Shown piece by piece: positions 18,861 to 29,389 of a stretch of 64,000 nt of DNA (the stretch's first letter is position 1; each line of letters opens with the position of its first letter). The position numbers and the translations under genes were made by a program. The notes beneath the pieces are model-generated. The model saw nothing but the letters and a program-made list of their open reading frames with translations. It was not told the origin of the DNA and searched no databases. Origin of the DNA: Patescibacteria group bacterium (GTDB lineage: Bacteria; Patescibacteriota; Patescibacteriia; UBA1558; UBA10009). The stretch is taken from NCBI GenBank assembly GCA_041662565.1, contig JBAZSE010000003.1, positions 44,260 through 108,259 of the forward strand, in the 5' to 3' direction.

Positions 18861-19622
18861 CTATAAATTATTCAAAACAATTTTTTTTAATTGCTGGGGG
18901 TGGGTTAAATGCAAACCATGCCGACCATCTTCAATAACATAAGTTTTGGCTAAAGGCATGCTTTGCTTGATTTTTAAAAAATTTTTAAAAGGCGTGTAAG
19001 TATCATGTTTGCCCCAAATTATCGTTGTGGGGCATTTAAGATTGGCTAAAACCGAACTTAAATCATCAGCTAAAACATTTTTCATGGTTTGCTTCATCAC
19101 CGGGTTGGTAAGCGAACCGTAATCAACAGAACCTATTAGGCGGTAAAAAAATTCCCTTAACTTTTGGGCCTTGCCTAACAGCAAAATTTTCATGATTTTA
19201 GCGCAAAAGTTTACAATAATTTTATATAAGCTTTGCCTGGGTCTGATAACGGCAGCTCCGACTAAAAACAGCTTATTAAGAACGCCAGGATACTCTGCGG
19301 CAAATCTAACGGCAATCTGTCCGCCAAACGAATGTCCTAAAATATCAACTTTAGTTAAACCAAAACAACTACTGACTTTTTTGATAAAATGGGCGTAATC
19401 TTTGACTGTCCAGGGAGTTTGTGGGGAATCGCTTTCACCAAAGCCGGGTAAATCAAAAATTAAAACATTAACGGGCTCACCCTTAAGTTGCCCGATGTAA
19501 TTACTCCAGCTTTGAATACTGCCTCCCCAACCATGGATGATAACCAGATTATTAATTGACCCTTGGTTTAAATAAAGGCAGTTGATTTTTAAGCCGTCAA
19601 CATTAATAAAACTTGTTTCCAT
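18861..19622 (-). CDS. Alpha/beta fold hydrolase
   Basis: HGWGG, DLPGFG, GHSFGG nucleophile elbow, WGKHD, H. Confidence 0.92.
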   Translation of the reverse strand: METSFINVDGLKINCLYLNQGSINNLVIIHGWGGSIQSWSNYIGQLKGEPVNVLIFDLPGFGESDSPQTPWTVKDYAHFIKKVSSCFGLTKVDILGHSFGGQIAVRFAAEYPGVLNKLFLVGAAVIRPRQSLYKIIVNFCAKIMKILLLGKAQKLREFFYRLIGSVDYGSLTNPVMKQTMKNVLADDLSSVLANLKCPTTIIWGKHDTYTPFKNFLKIKQSMPLAKTYVIEDGRHGLHLTHPQQLKKIVLNNL

Positions 19623-19633
19623 TGGCAAAAAAA

Positions 19634-20881
19634 TTATTTAATAACTTTTAAACCCAAATATTTTTGCAAAACTTTAGGAACTTTAACAGAACCATCGGCT
19701 TGTTGATTTTGTTCCAAAATAGCCGGCAACAAACGACTGGTAGCCAAACCGGAGCCGTTTAAAGTATGGACAAACTCCGTTTTACCCGCTAAATTTTTGT
19801 ATCTAATATTGCCTCGGCGCGCCTGATAATCCATGGCCTGTGAAACGCTGGAAACTTCCTTAAATAAATTCATGCTGGGCAACCAAACTTCGATATCAAC
19901 GGTTTTAGCCATGGCACTCGAGGCATCTTCGGCTGCCAATTTAACCGTTTGAAAATGCAAATCCAAACCAGCCATTAATTTTTCGGCGTTTGTTACCAAT
20001 TCGTCAAAAATTTTTGTGGACTCATCAGGTTTGGCAAAAGCGAACATTTCTATTTTATTGAACTGATGCCCCCTAACCATACCCCGTTCTTCGGTACGAT
20101 AACTCCCCGCTTCCCTTCTAAAACAGGTTGAGAAGGAAAAATATTTTTTTGGCAGATCCTTTTCTTGAAAAATTTCTTCGCGATGATAATTCAAAAGCAT
20201 CATTTCACTGGTGGCATCCAAACACAGTTTATCCTGGGTCCAAAACAAATCGTCTCTAAATTTAGGCAAATGGCCGGAAGTAAAGGCGGATTGTTCGGTA
20301 AGTAAAAATGGTAACAATAAAAATTCGTACTTATTTTGGCGGTGAAAATCGATAAAATAATTCAATAATGCCCATTCCAAAACCGCACCGACACCTGTGT
20401 AGGCCCAAAAACCGGAGCCGGACATTTTAACTGCCCTTTCATAATCTATTAACCCAAGCGAGGTAGCTAACTCCACATGATCTTTAATTAAAAATTTTCC
20501 AACCGAAAAATTCGGTTTTTTTCCAAATACTTTAAGCACTTGGTTATTTTCTTTACCACCGGCAACCACATCTGAGGCCGGTAAATTGGGTAAAGCGGAT
20601 AATTTTTCCTGAAGTTCCAAATTAACTTTAGCCAGTTGATCGTCCAACTCTTTAATTTCTTGGCCGACTTTTTTCATAGCAGCAATGACTTCTGGAGTAG
20701 GTTTGCTTTTGGAAACCTGATTTCTTTGAGATTTTAAATCATCGCATTTTTTAATCAATTCACGGCGCGCATCATCCAAAGAGATAATTTCATCCAGATT
20801 AAAATCATCCGACTTTAATCTTTTTAATAAGGCCTGCTCAATTTCATTTTTATTATTACGAATTTTATTAATATCCAACAT
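19634..20881 (-). CDS. serS: Serine--tRNA ligase
   Basis: MLDI, ATSE, CFRREAG, HQFNKIE, EVSS, HTLNGSGLA. Confidence 0.97.
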   Translation of the reverse strand: MLDINKIRNNKNEIEQALLKRLKSDDFNLDEIISLDDARRELIKKCDDLKSQRNQVSKSKPTPEVIAAMKKVGQEIKELDDQLAKVNLELQEKLSALPNLPASDVVAGGKENNQVLKVFGKKPNFSVGKFLIKDHVELATSLGLIDYERAVKMSGSGFWAYTGVGAVLEWALLNYFIDFHRQNKYEFLLLPFLLTEQSAFTSGHLPKFRDDLFWTQDKLCLDATSEMMLLNYHREEIFQEKDLPKKYFSFSTCFRREAGSYRTEERGMVRGHQFNKIEMFAFAKPDESTKIFDELVTNAEKLMAGLDLHFQTVKLAAEDASSAMAKTVDIEVWLPSMNLFKEVSSVSQAMDYQARRGNIRYKNLAGKTEFVHTLNGSGLATSRLLPAILEQNQQADGSVKVPKVLQKYLGLKVIK

Positions 20882-20903
20882 ATATTTATTTTTGCTAAAC
20901 CGA

Positions 20904-21494
20904 TTAATTCAGCAGATATTGTTTTAAAGATTCCAAATTTTTTAAACGATGGCTGATTGCTTCTCTTTCTGATTCCGTTAAATCCTGGACATGCTTATTA
21001 AAATCCGAACTGACAAAGCAACAGCGATAAGGGAAACCAACCGGATAATCGTCTCTGATATCATTGGTAATATATCCTTCTTTGGTATTTTTAAATAAAT
21101 GGATTTGTTCCGGATTATTTACTAAACAGCTTACCGCCACAAATCTGGCGCTTCTTTGATCAATGGGTATTGTTGGGATGATTTTTTTTAAATGATTAAC
21201 CAATTCTTCGTCACTGGCCTCGTATCCCAGCCACCTTTTGCTTTTAACACCCGGTTCACCATTAAAATAATCTATTTCAAATCCGCCATCATCTCCCAGC
21301 GTGGGCATTTGTGAAAGATTATAATAAAATAGGGTCTTATCGCGCGCATTTTCTTCAAAAGTGTTGCCAATTTCCTGATATTTTTCTTTTATGCCCAAAT
21401 CATCAAGAGTACAGAATTCGACCCCGATTTTGCCCAATTTTTGACGGTACGATTGAATTTTAGCAGGATTATGGGTGGCCAATAAAATTTTCAT
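20904..21494 (-). CDS. Ham1/RdgB non-canonical purine NTP pyrophosphatase
   Basis: LATHNPAK, TFEENA..K, DDGG, GEPGVKS, SHR. Confidence 0.88.
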   Translation of the reverse strand: MKILLATHNPAKIQSYRQKLGKIGVEFCTLDDLGIKEKYQEIGNTFEENARDKTLFYYNLSQMPTLGDDGGFEIDYFNGEPGVKSKRWLGYEASDEELVNHLKKIIPTIPIDQRSARFVAVSCLVNNPEQIHLFKNTKEGYITNDIRDDYPVGFPYRCCFVSSDFNKHVQDLTESEREAISHRLKNLESLKQYLLN

Positions 21495-22991
21495 TTATTT
21501 GACTTTTCTGCTTTCTTCTTCGGGTTTTAAAATTGGGAATAAAATAACTTCTTTAATGTTATGAGTGTTGGTTAAAATATTAACCAATCTATCTATACCC
21601 ATACCCAAACCGGCAGTGGGAGGCATGCCGTATTTTAAAGCTGTTACAAAATCATTATCATTACCCATGGCTTCATCATCTCCTTTGGCAGCCAATTCGG
21701 ATTGAAAAGCAAACCTGGCTTCTTGGTCTAGAGGATCGTTAAGTTCGGTAAAGGCATTCATCAATTCAATCCTTCCGCCAATAATAAGTTGGAACCTTTC
21801 CACGTAATTAGGACGATCGGTCATTTTTTTTGCTAAGGGGGAAAGTTCAATCGGATGGTTAATCACAAAAGTCGGGTTAATCAATTTTGGTCGAACGAAT
21901 TTTTTATAAAGTTCATCGGCTAATTTGCCTTTACCCCAAGAGGACTCAACAGCCAGGCCTTTCTTTTTGGCTTCTTTAGCTAAAGCGGAAGAATCATATT
22001 TATCCAAATCGATTCCGGATTCGTTAAGCAGAGCTTCTCTAAAATCAACGCGCTGATAAGGACCGGCAAAATTTATTTTATGGCCGTCGTATTCGATCGT
22101 TAAATCCCCGCAAACCTCTCTAACCAAAGCAGGTAAAAATTTTTCCATTTCTCCCATTAAATCGTTATAATTTTTGTAGGCCCAATAAAATTCAATTTGG
22201 GTAAATTCGGGGTTATGCGCAAAATCAACGCCTTCATTTCTAAAACAACGGGCAATTTCAAAAACTTTTTCAAATCCACCCACCACTAATTTTTTTAAAT
22301 ACAGTTCCGGTGCTACTCTTAAAAACATTTCCGTATCAAGAGCGTTATGGTGAGTTTTAAACGGCTTGGCAATGGCGCCCGATGCCAGCAATTGCAAAAT
22401 TGGCGTATCCACTTCGATAAAACCAAGATTGATAAAATAATTTCTGATAAATTGAACAATTTGGCTGCGTTTATTAAAAATTTGCCTGACCTCGGGATTG
22501 GCCAATAAATCCAAGTAGCGTTGCCTAAATCTGGTTTCCACGTCATTTAAACCGTGCCATTTTTCCGGCAAAGGTAAAAGGGCCTTTGAGAGCAGGGTAA
22601 AACTTTGAACTAATAGCGATTTTTCTCCCCTTTTGGTAGTAAATAATGTACCGGTTATTGAAATAAAATCGCCGATATCAAAACTGTCATTGAAAAATCC
22701 GTATTGCTCATCACCCAAAACATCCTGCTTAAAATAGGCCTGCATTTTTGCGGATTCATCTTCAAGATGAATAAAACAGGAACCACCATGCAAACGAATA
22801 GATCTGATCCTGCCGGCTAAAGATAATACGGCGGATGATTTTTCAAGTTCTTCAAAATCAGAGATTGCCTCATTAATCAAATGAGAACGTTGAACATTTT
22901 TTGGATAAGCATCGATGCCTAAAGCATTGATTTTAGTTAATCTTTGCAAGCGGATTTGATACTCATCCGAAGGATTTATGGGTGTATTCAT
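21495..22991 (-). CDS. lysS: Lysine--tRNA ligase (class II)
   Basis: LPEKWHGL, RQRYLDL, APELYLK, FRNEG, HNPEF, GMPPTAGLGMGIDR. Confidence 0.97.
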   Translation of the reverse strand: MNTPINPSDEYQIRLQRLTKINALGIDAYPKNVQRSHLINEAISDFEELEKSSAVLSLAGRIRSIRLHGGSCFIHLEDESAKMQAYFKQDVLGDEQYGFFNDSFDIGDFISITGTLFTTKRGEKSLLVQSFTLLSKALLPLPEKWHGLNDVETRFRQRYLDLLANPEVRQIFNKRSQIVQFIRNYFINLGFIEVDTPILQLLASGAIAKPFKTHHNALDTEMFLRVAPELYLKKLVVGGFEKVFEIARCFRNEGVDFAHNPEFTQIEFYWAYKNYNDLMGEMEKFLPALVREVCGDLTIEYDGHKINFAGPYQRVDFREALLNESGIDLDKYDSSALAKEAKKKGLAVESSWGKGKLADELYKKFVRPKLINPTFVINHPIELSPLAKKMTDRPNYVERFQLIIGGRIELMNAFTELNDPLDQEARFAFQSELAAKGDDEAMGNDNDFVTALKYGMPPTAGLGMGIDRLVNILTNTHNIKEVILFPILKPEEESRKVK

Positions 22992-23047
22992 ATAAATTAA
23001 TATCAATATATTATAGCTAAAAACGTCATTTTTGGCAAATTTTATAT

Positions 23048-23854
23048 TTAATCATGTTTTGGCAAGGATTTATTTCTAAATTTATTAAAATAACTTAACC
23101 AACTGGCCAAATGGATGCGGGCCGTTTTGGAAAAAAAGGCCAGCCATAAACCTTTTTCAGCCGAAGTTCGCTGGTGAAAATGGATCACGCAGGCGCCGGC
23201 CACATACCAAACCTGCCACTTGTTTTCCCAAAATCTTCGGCACCAATCCAAATCTTCCATGTACAAAAAATATTTTTCATCCAACAAACCAACATTTTCC
23301 AAAGCGGATTTTTTAACTATTAAACAGGCGCCAAACAACCAATCGACTTTTTTATTCTCCTCATGGTTCCAATCCAGCATCAAATAACGGTTTAACCATA
23401 ATTTACCCCTAGATGTCGCGCCTAAAGAAGTTCGCCTGTAAAAGGGCAAACGCCAATCAGGAAAACGCGAACAAGTATACTGCAAACTGTTATCCGGATT
23501 TAAAATTTTAGGGCCAGCCAATCCAGCATTTGGATTGGCTTCCATAAAATTATATAAACCCATGATAGCGTTGCTTAAAATTCTGATATCGGGATTTAAA
23601 ATTAAAATATACTTGCCGCTTGCAGCTTTAATCCCTAAATTATTACCGGCTGCGTATCCCCTATTTTGACCGGCTTGAATAAACTTAACTCTTAAAAATT
23701 GCTCGCTGATTAAACGATCCAAGCCATCATGGGAATTATTGTCAACAACAATTATTTCATATTTAAGGGGAATATCCAAAGACAATAAATTTTTTAAGCA
23801 ATATTTAACCAAGCCCTTTTGTTGATAATTTAAAATAACGATTGATAAATCCAT
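23048..23854 (-). CDS. GT2 family glycosyltransferase
   Basis: VVDNNS, GYAAGNN, LNPD, GACL, FLYMEDLDW. Confidence 0.92.
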   Translation of the reverse strand: MDLSIVILNYQQKGLVKYCLKNLLSLDIPLKYEIIVVDNNSHDGLDRLISEQFLRVKFIQAGQNRGYAAGNNLGIKAASGKYILILNPDIRILSNAIMGLYNFMEANPNAGLAGPKILNPDNSLQYTCSRFPDWRLPFYRRTSLGATSRGKLWLNRYLMLDWNHEENKKVDWLFGACLIVKKSALENVGLLDEKYFLYMEDLDWCRRFWENKWQVWYVAGACVIHFHQRTSAEKGLWLAFFSKTARIHLASWLSYFNKFRNKSLPKHD

Positions 23855-23855
23855 A

Positions 23856-24884
23856 TTAATTAAACCATTTAACCAAATCAAATGACGATATTTTTCTGAT
23901 ATTTTTTATAATATATTTACGTTTAGCTGACATTTTCTTTTTTTGCTTAAAAAATAACGATAAACCCTTAAGCGTTGCTGGCTCGAATATAACCAGATAA
24001 ATCAGTTTTTTGCATTCATAAAAAAATATCGGCCAAAAATACTTAAATAAATTGGCAACAAACTCATTTTTATAAATGGCCGATAAATGATTTTTATAGG
24101 AATAAATTTTAACCTGCCTATCCTTACCCTTGCGGTACAAACGGGTCGCTTTATCGCTTAAATCATTATTGCCTTTTGTTGTTCTATCATGATAAGCTAC
24201 GGCGCTTGGCAAATAAACGGCAGAATAGCCCGCTAATTGAAAACGATAAGCCAAATCAACATCTTCTTTGTACGAAAAAAAATCTTCATCAAAATATTCT
24301 GCCGCTTTACCGTGGATGGCTTCGATCTTAACTTGCTCCAAGGCACTGCGACGATAAATAGGCGCGGCTCCGGAAACGCCAAAAACCTCTTCTGTTTTTT
24401 CAAATTGCCCATCATCTTCTTGGCCTTGACCTATTTCTACCACCCGATGATTTTTAAAAATCTTTAAACCTGCCGTATCGATAATTTTTGTCTTTATATT
24501 TCCGTTAAAATCCCAATAATAAAGTTTACCCGAAATTGCCGCTGTTTGCGGGTGATTATCCAGATAAGCAACGGCTTGTGATAAATAATTCGGCTCCAAA
24601 ATAATATCCTGGTTTAAAGGCATGAAATATTCGCTTTTGGTCCAGGCAATGCCCTGATTATGAGCCTTAGCGTAACCCAAATTTTGCGGATGGCGCACTA
24701 AGGGCAGATTTGGATAGGATTCTTGAAAAAACTTAACCGTATCATCACTAGAACCGTTATCAATCACTAAAATAATAAAATCTTTAAAATCTTGATTCAT
24801 CAAAGAATTCAAGCAAAAAGGCAAATATTTACCGGCGTTGCTGGTTACCAAGCAAATGGCTAAACGTGCGCTTTTAATTTCCAT
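23856..24884 (-). CDS. GT2 family glycosyltransferase
   Basis: IDNGSSD, GYAKAHN, LNQD, SGAA, FFSYKEDVDL. Confidence 0.92.
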   Translation of the reverse strand: MEIKSARLAICLVTSNAGKYLPFCLNSLMNQDFKDFIILVIDNGSSDDTVKFFQESYPNLPLVRHPQNLGYAKAHNQGIAWTKSEYFMPLNQDIILEPNYLSQAVAYLDNHPQTAAISGKLYYWDFNGNIKTKIIDTAGLKIFKNHRVVEIGQGQEDDGQFEKTEEVFGVSGAAPIYRRSALEQVKIEAIHGKAAEYFDEDFFSYKEDVDLAYRFQLAGYSAVYLPSAVAYHDRTTKGNNDLSDKATRLYRKGKDRQVKIYSYKNHLSAIYKNEFVANLFKYFWPIFFYECKKLIYLVIFEPATLKGLSLFFKQKKKMSAKRKYIIKNIRKISSFDLVKWFN

Positions 24885-26307
24885 GGTTATTCTTTAAAAA
24901 TAATGAAATAGATGCCGTAAACAGCAAAATGCCTATGCCCAAAGGGTGGTTTAAATATGGGCTAAACATAGATACTATCAACAAGGCAATAAGGCCCCAA
25001 AATAAACCCATACCCAAAGGGCCGGATTTTAAGCAATCCATGCCTATCTTAGCAATGAATGCCAAGTAAGCCAAGAGCCCTAATAAACCCAGTTTAAGGC
25101 AAATATCCAAATATCCCCATTCAAAAGCATAGGTTAAATAATTTCCGTTGGGATTGTTTTTAAGTACTCTGGGATCTTGAGAAACATAGGTTACGGTTTT
25201 ACCAAAACCGGCGCCCAAAAAAATATTATCAATAATGTTATTTTTTAAAGGAGTTAGTTGTTGCAAACGACTAATCCCGGCAGCATCAAGATTAATACTG
25301 CCAACCCTATTGCCTACAGCCACTTGCCAATAATTTCCGGTAATGATTTGCAAAAAAAATATTTCTCCAAACAAAATTACAACTGCCAAAGCCAAACCCT
25401 TAAAAATTATTTTGTAATCAAAGATTTTTTTTACAATTGCGTAAATTGTCAAAATTACCAAAGCACCCGATAGCCCTACCCAAAAACTTCTGGATAAGCT
25501 GGCCAAAATCGCCGTGCTGCTTAAAATTAAAGTTAACCACAAAACAATTTTATCAATGCGCCGGTTAAATTGAAAAACCAATAAAGCCAAAGATATAAAA
25601 AATCCTGTTAGCAAAAAAATCTGCGATTGCATAAAAATGCGGTAAAAATTTCCGGCAATAAAGGTTACTTCGGCCAAACCGCTTATTCTTAACCATTGGT
25701 AAATATCAACGGTCAGGTGTGGCGCGCTATAAGCAAACCAAATCAGTAAAAAAAGTGTTTTTACAGATAAATAAATCACGCAGGCAAAAAAAATGCCCAG
25801 AAACTCATTTATTTTCTGTCTGGAATTTATAACAATAAAAAATACTGGCGCCAACAGCCAAAACAGCCAAGCGTTAAAATCCTGGTACCAAGTAAGCCCT
25901 TGATTTCTGAGCCAACCCTGTAAAATTGCCAATAAAACAAACACGCCAAAAACTAAAAAATATTTCCAATAATTTGTTGTAAAAAATTCTAACTGTTTTT
26001 TTCGCAAAAATTCCCAAAGCCAAATCAATAAAACTATAGCAAATAAAACTAACCGTAAAGAAATTTTAAAATCCTGAATGGTTAAATAAAATAAATACCC
26101 TTTAGAGCCAATTAACAACTCGCTCAAAATCAAATACAAACCAAAGCGCAAATCATAAATTGATAAAATAATCGTTGCCAGTGCCAAAAATATAAAAATT
26201 ACCGGATTAACGTAGGGAAAAATTGATCCCAAAAACGACAAAATTTCAATTGCCAAAAATATTGGCAAAGCAAATTTAAAATATTTAAAATTAAAATTAG
26301 CGATCAT
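24874..26307 (-). CDS. O-antigen ligase/Wzy polymerase family membrane protein
   Basis: Many TMs; SLSRSFW, GAGFG and GLLGL motifs; located in a GT cluster. Confidence 0.75.
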   Translation of the reverse strand: MIANFNFKYFKFALPIFLAIEILSFLGSIFPYVNPVIFIFLALATIILSIYDLRFGLYLILSELLIGSKGYLFYLTIQDFKISLRLVLFAIVLLIWLWEFLRKKQLEFFTTNYWKYFLVFGVFVLLAILQGWLRNQGLTWYQDFNAWLFWLLAPVFFIVINSRQKINEFLGIFFACVIYLSVKTLFLLIWFAYSAPHLTVDIYQWLRISGLAEVTFIAGNFYRIFMQSQIFLLTGFFISLALLVFQFNRRIDKIVLWLTLILSSTAILASLSRSFWVGLSGALVILTIYAIVKKIFDYKIIFKGLALAVVILFGEIFFLQIITGNYWQVAVGNRVGSINLDAAGISRLQQLTPLKNNIIDNIFLGAGFGKTVTYVSQDPRVLKNNPNGNYLTYAFEWGYLDICLKLGLLGLLAYLAFIAKIGMDCLKSGPLGMGLFWGLIALLIVSMFSPYLNHPLGIGILLFTASISLFLKNNHGN

Positions 26308-27136
26308 TTTTTACGGGCATAATTGATAAAAATAAACTGATTGGCGTTAGCAGAAAAATAAGCCAATATGCCAACACGCTTTGGTGTTTTTTAATATAAT
26401 TTAAGCGGCTAAGGCTAAAAATCCACTGCTTTTTTAAATTGAATTTTTCTTGGTTAAAACTGCGTCCGCCATAATGGATTATTTCGGTTTGAGCAAAATA
26501 TACTACTTTAAAACCGGCACCTATAGCGCGCTGGCAAAAATCAACTTCTTCAAACCATAGATAATATTTTTCGTCCCAAAAACCTATTTTATTCAAACAT
26601 TGCCTGCTAACCAAAAAAAGGGCACCCATAACCTGCTCCACGTTTTGCGTTTTATCGTAATTAAAATCAAGAGCTAAGTAGCGTTTTAACAAAAACAAAT
26701 GATGCAACTTAAACATCATTATTAAATGATCAAAAAGTGCGGGAAAGCGCCTAACCGATGGCTGCAAAGTCAAATCGGCATTTAAAAGTCGAGCACCTAA
26801 AATTCCGATTTTCTTATCATGAGCAATAAAATTAATGGCCCGAGTTAATGAAGAATCAAAAAATTCAGTATCAGGGTTTAAAAACAACACAAAATCGCCG
26901 CTGGAATTTTTTAGGCCCAAATTGTTGGCTCGGGCAAAACCCAAATTATTCCGGCTGGCTAAGATTTTGGTTTGGGGAAAATTACTTCGGACCATTTCTA
27001 CCGTGCCATCTGTGGAATTGTTATCAACGACAATTACTTCAAAATTCAAATCCACCAATTTGGCATAAATTGATCGCAAACAATTTTCCAATAAATCTTT
27101 AACTTGCCAGGAAACAATAATAATGGATAATTTCAT
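26297..27136 (-). CDS. GT2 family glycosyltransferase
   Basis: MKLSIIIVS, VVDNNSTD, GFARANN, LNPD, FEEVDFC. Confidence 0.92.
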   Translation of the reverse strand: MKLSIIIVSWQVKDLLENCLRSIYAKLVDLNFEVIVVDNNSTDGTVEMVRSNFPQTKILASRNNLGFARANNLGLKNSSGDFVLFLNPDTEFFDSSLTRAINFIAHDKKIGILGARLLNADLTLQPSVRRFPALFDHLIMMFKLHHLFLLKRYLALDFNYDKTQNVEQVMGALFLVSRQCLNKIGFWDEKYYLWFEEVDFCQRAIGAGFKVVYFAQTEIIHYGGRSFNQEKFNLKKQWIFSLSRLNYIKKHQSVLAYWLIFLLTPISLFLSIMPVKNDR

Positions 27137-28305
27137 AATTTTTGAAAAATTATCTCCAACATCCTTTCGGATCGCTTGAGCCAACTGTGCTCCTTTACCA
27201 AGGCAATCCTTTGTCGTCGCAGTGCATCACTATCGGATCTCAATGCTTCCACTATGGCATCTTGAAATTTTTGATAATCCGTAGTTACGGCAACGAAATC
27301 CAAAAATTCCGGCAAACCTAAACTTTGAGTAGAAACCACCGGTTTGCCGCAGGCCAGATAATCGTAAATCTTCATGGGATTAGTTGATTTGATAAACTTA
27401 TCAATTTTATGAGGAATAATGCCCACTTCAAACTGATGGATGTACATTGGTGATGCTTCATAGCTTTTACGCCCCAAAAAATATACATTTTTAAATTTTG
27501 CCAACTGATCTTTAATTTCTTTTTGCCAAACCGGCCCTACTAAAACCAAGGATTTTTCAGGATTGCTAATTGCAAGATATTCAACCAAATCAACATCAAA
27601 ACGCTCTTGGATCGTGCCAATATAACCAATAATGGGATGAGGAATATGGCCGATATCGCGATTAATTAAAGGAAAATCTTTTTGAAAATGCTTTAAATCA
27701 ACGCCATTGGGAACCCAATGGATTTTTTCTTTATGCGCGAATAAATTTTCCAATTCGTTGGAAACAGTAAAAATTATATCGGCTTTTTGATCAATAATTT
27801 TATAATTGTCTAGTAAGCGGTTTTTAAAGCGAATCAATGAAGGATGCTCAGACCAATTATCCACGGCGTCAAAAACTTTTAATGTTGGCTCCAGCTGATC
27901 AAAGTAATTGACAGCTAATGGATAAAACGACCAAATAATAAAATCTTCCTGGTTAAAAAAAGATTTTGCCAAATTAGCGATCTGTTGATAAAGTTTTTTT
28001 ACGGAAAACAAACTTAAAATGGTGGAATAAATAACCAGCTTATCGCTAATTTTGGTTGTTTGGCCTAAAAATAAACGATTTACTTGTCCGCTTAAATTAT
28101 TGGTTAATAAATCTTCTTTTAAAACCCTTAAACCTCTTTTAAAGGTGTGTGGCAAAAAATCTACAGCAATAATTTTATTAATTTTTTCATTAACCAATAG
28201 CTGTTGTAAAATTTGCCAATTGCGGTTAACTACGCCCCGACGAGCCCAATCGGAATACGAGGACATGTTAAACATTATTACATTTATTTTTTTATCACTT
28301 GGCAT
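27133..28305 (-). CDS. GT-B glycosyltransferase (TuaH-like)
   Basis: VPNGVD, IGYIG, LVGP, NPMKIYDYLACGKPVV. Confidence 0.88.
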   Translation of the reverse strand: MPSDKKINVIMFNMSSYSDWARRGVVNRNWQILQQLLVNEKINKIIAVDFLPHTFKRGLRVLKEDLLTNNLSGQVNRLFLGQTTKISDKLVIYSTILSLFSVKKLYQQIANLAKSFFNQEDFIIWSFYPLAVNYFDQLEPTLKVFDAVDNWSEHPSLIRFKNRLLDNYKIIDQKADIIFTVSNELENLFAHKEKIHWVPNGVDLKHFQKDFPLINRDIGHIPHPIIGYIGTIQERFDVDLVEYLAISNPEKSLVLVGPVWQKEIKDQLAKFKNVYFLGRKSYEASPMYIHQFEVGIIPHKIDKFIKSTNPMKIYDYLACGKPVVSTQSLGLPEFLDFVAVTTDYQKFQDAIVEALRSDSDALRRQRIALVKEHSWLKRSERMLEIIFQKL

Positions 28306-29389
28306 AGGATTGAATTATTTTATTTAATGCACCAGCTTGTTTACTCCAAATAAATTCTTGTTCCACTCTGGCTTTTGCAGCATTACCCAATCTTTGATGG
28401 AATTCCTGATCAGCTAATAATCGACTGATTTTTTCTATCAAATCTTTTGAGTTGCTTGGTTCAACCAATAATCCGGTTTGTTCATTTAAAACCGCCTCCA
28501 TAACTCCCCCACAACTGGCCGCCACTACCGGTAATCCAAAGGATGCGGCCTCTAAATAAACAATGCCAAAACCTTCCACATCGCCGGCTAAATTTTGTGC
28601 CGGCATAACAAATACATCAGCCGTCTGATAATACCATGACAATTCTTCATCACTAACATTTGCTAAAAATATAACTTTATTTTCCAGACCCAGCTTTAAG
28701 CTTTGAGTTTTAAGCTTTAAGCTTTCCGGCCCTTCTCCGACTATTAAATAAACCAAATTTGGAAATTTTTGTAATAATTCCGGTAGTGCCTTAATAACCG
28801 CGTCCTGACCCTTTCTTTTAACCAAACGTCCGACCGTTAGTAAAACTTTTTTTCCTTGCAAGCTTAAATTTTGTTTTATCTCTTCAAGTTTTGAGCTATC
28901 AGCTTTAAGATTTAAGCTAACATGCGGACACGGATAAACCACTACCACTTTATTATCATCATAACCTAAATTTAAAAGTTCATTTTTGGTGAAATTACTG
29001 TTTGCCGTAATAAATTCGGCATTATCCAAAACCTGCTTTAGGGCCTTTTCTTTTCTAAGCGATCTTTGCGGCAGCATAATATCCAAGCCGTGCGTAGAAA
29101 CAAAATACGGAATATGAAAAAACTTTTTAATTAAATAAGTTGCTTCGCCAACCGGCAACACTTGCCCCACCCAAATTAAATCAGGTTTTTCTTTTTTTAT
29201 CTGGCGCCTGATTTCAAAAAACAATTTCAACCATTTTGGCCAAAAAAATCTATAAAATAACTTTGGCCCTACTTCAAATACCTTAATTTGTTGGCCAGTT
29301 AAATTTTTGACCAAATTAAAATAGTAATTCCCTACTCCTCCTTTAAAAGGCGGCCATTCCATGGTTACCAATAAAATTTTCATAATCAA
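28295..29389 (-). CDS. GT4 family glycosyltransferase
   Basis: PPFKGG, HGLD, VGRLVKRKG, EGFGIVYLEA. Confidence 0.93.
   Translation of the reverse strand: MIMKILLVTMEWPPFKGGVGNYYFNLVKNLTGQQIKVFEVGPKLFYRFFWPKWLKLFFEIRRQIKKEKPDLIWVGQVLPVGEATYLIKKFFHIPYFVSTHGLDIMLPQRSLRKEKALKQVLDNAEFITANSNFTKNELLNLGYDDNKVVVVYPCPHVSLNLKADSSKLEEIKQNLSLQGKKVLLTVGRLVKRKGQDAVIKALPELLQKFPNLVYLIVGEGPESLKLKTQSLKLGLENKVIFLANVSDEELSWYYQTADVFVMPAQNLAGDVEGFGIVYLEAASFGLPVVAASCGGVMEAVLNEQTGLLVEPSNSKDLIEKISRLLADQEFHQRLGNAAKARVEQEFIWSKQAGALNKIIQSYAK

Noticed and set aside
20490-20525. Short palindrome AACCGAAAAATTCGGTT within serS
   Set aside because: A 7-bp stem in AT-rich coding DNA is compatible with chance.
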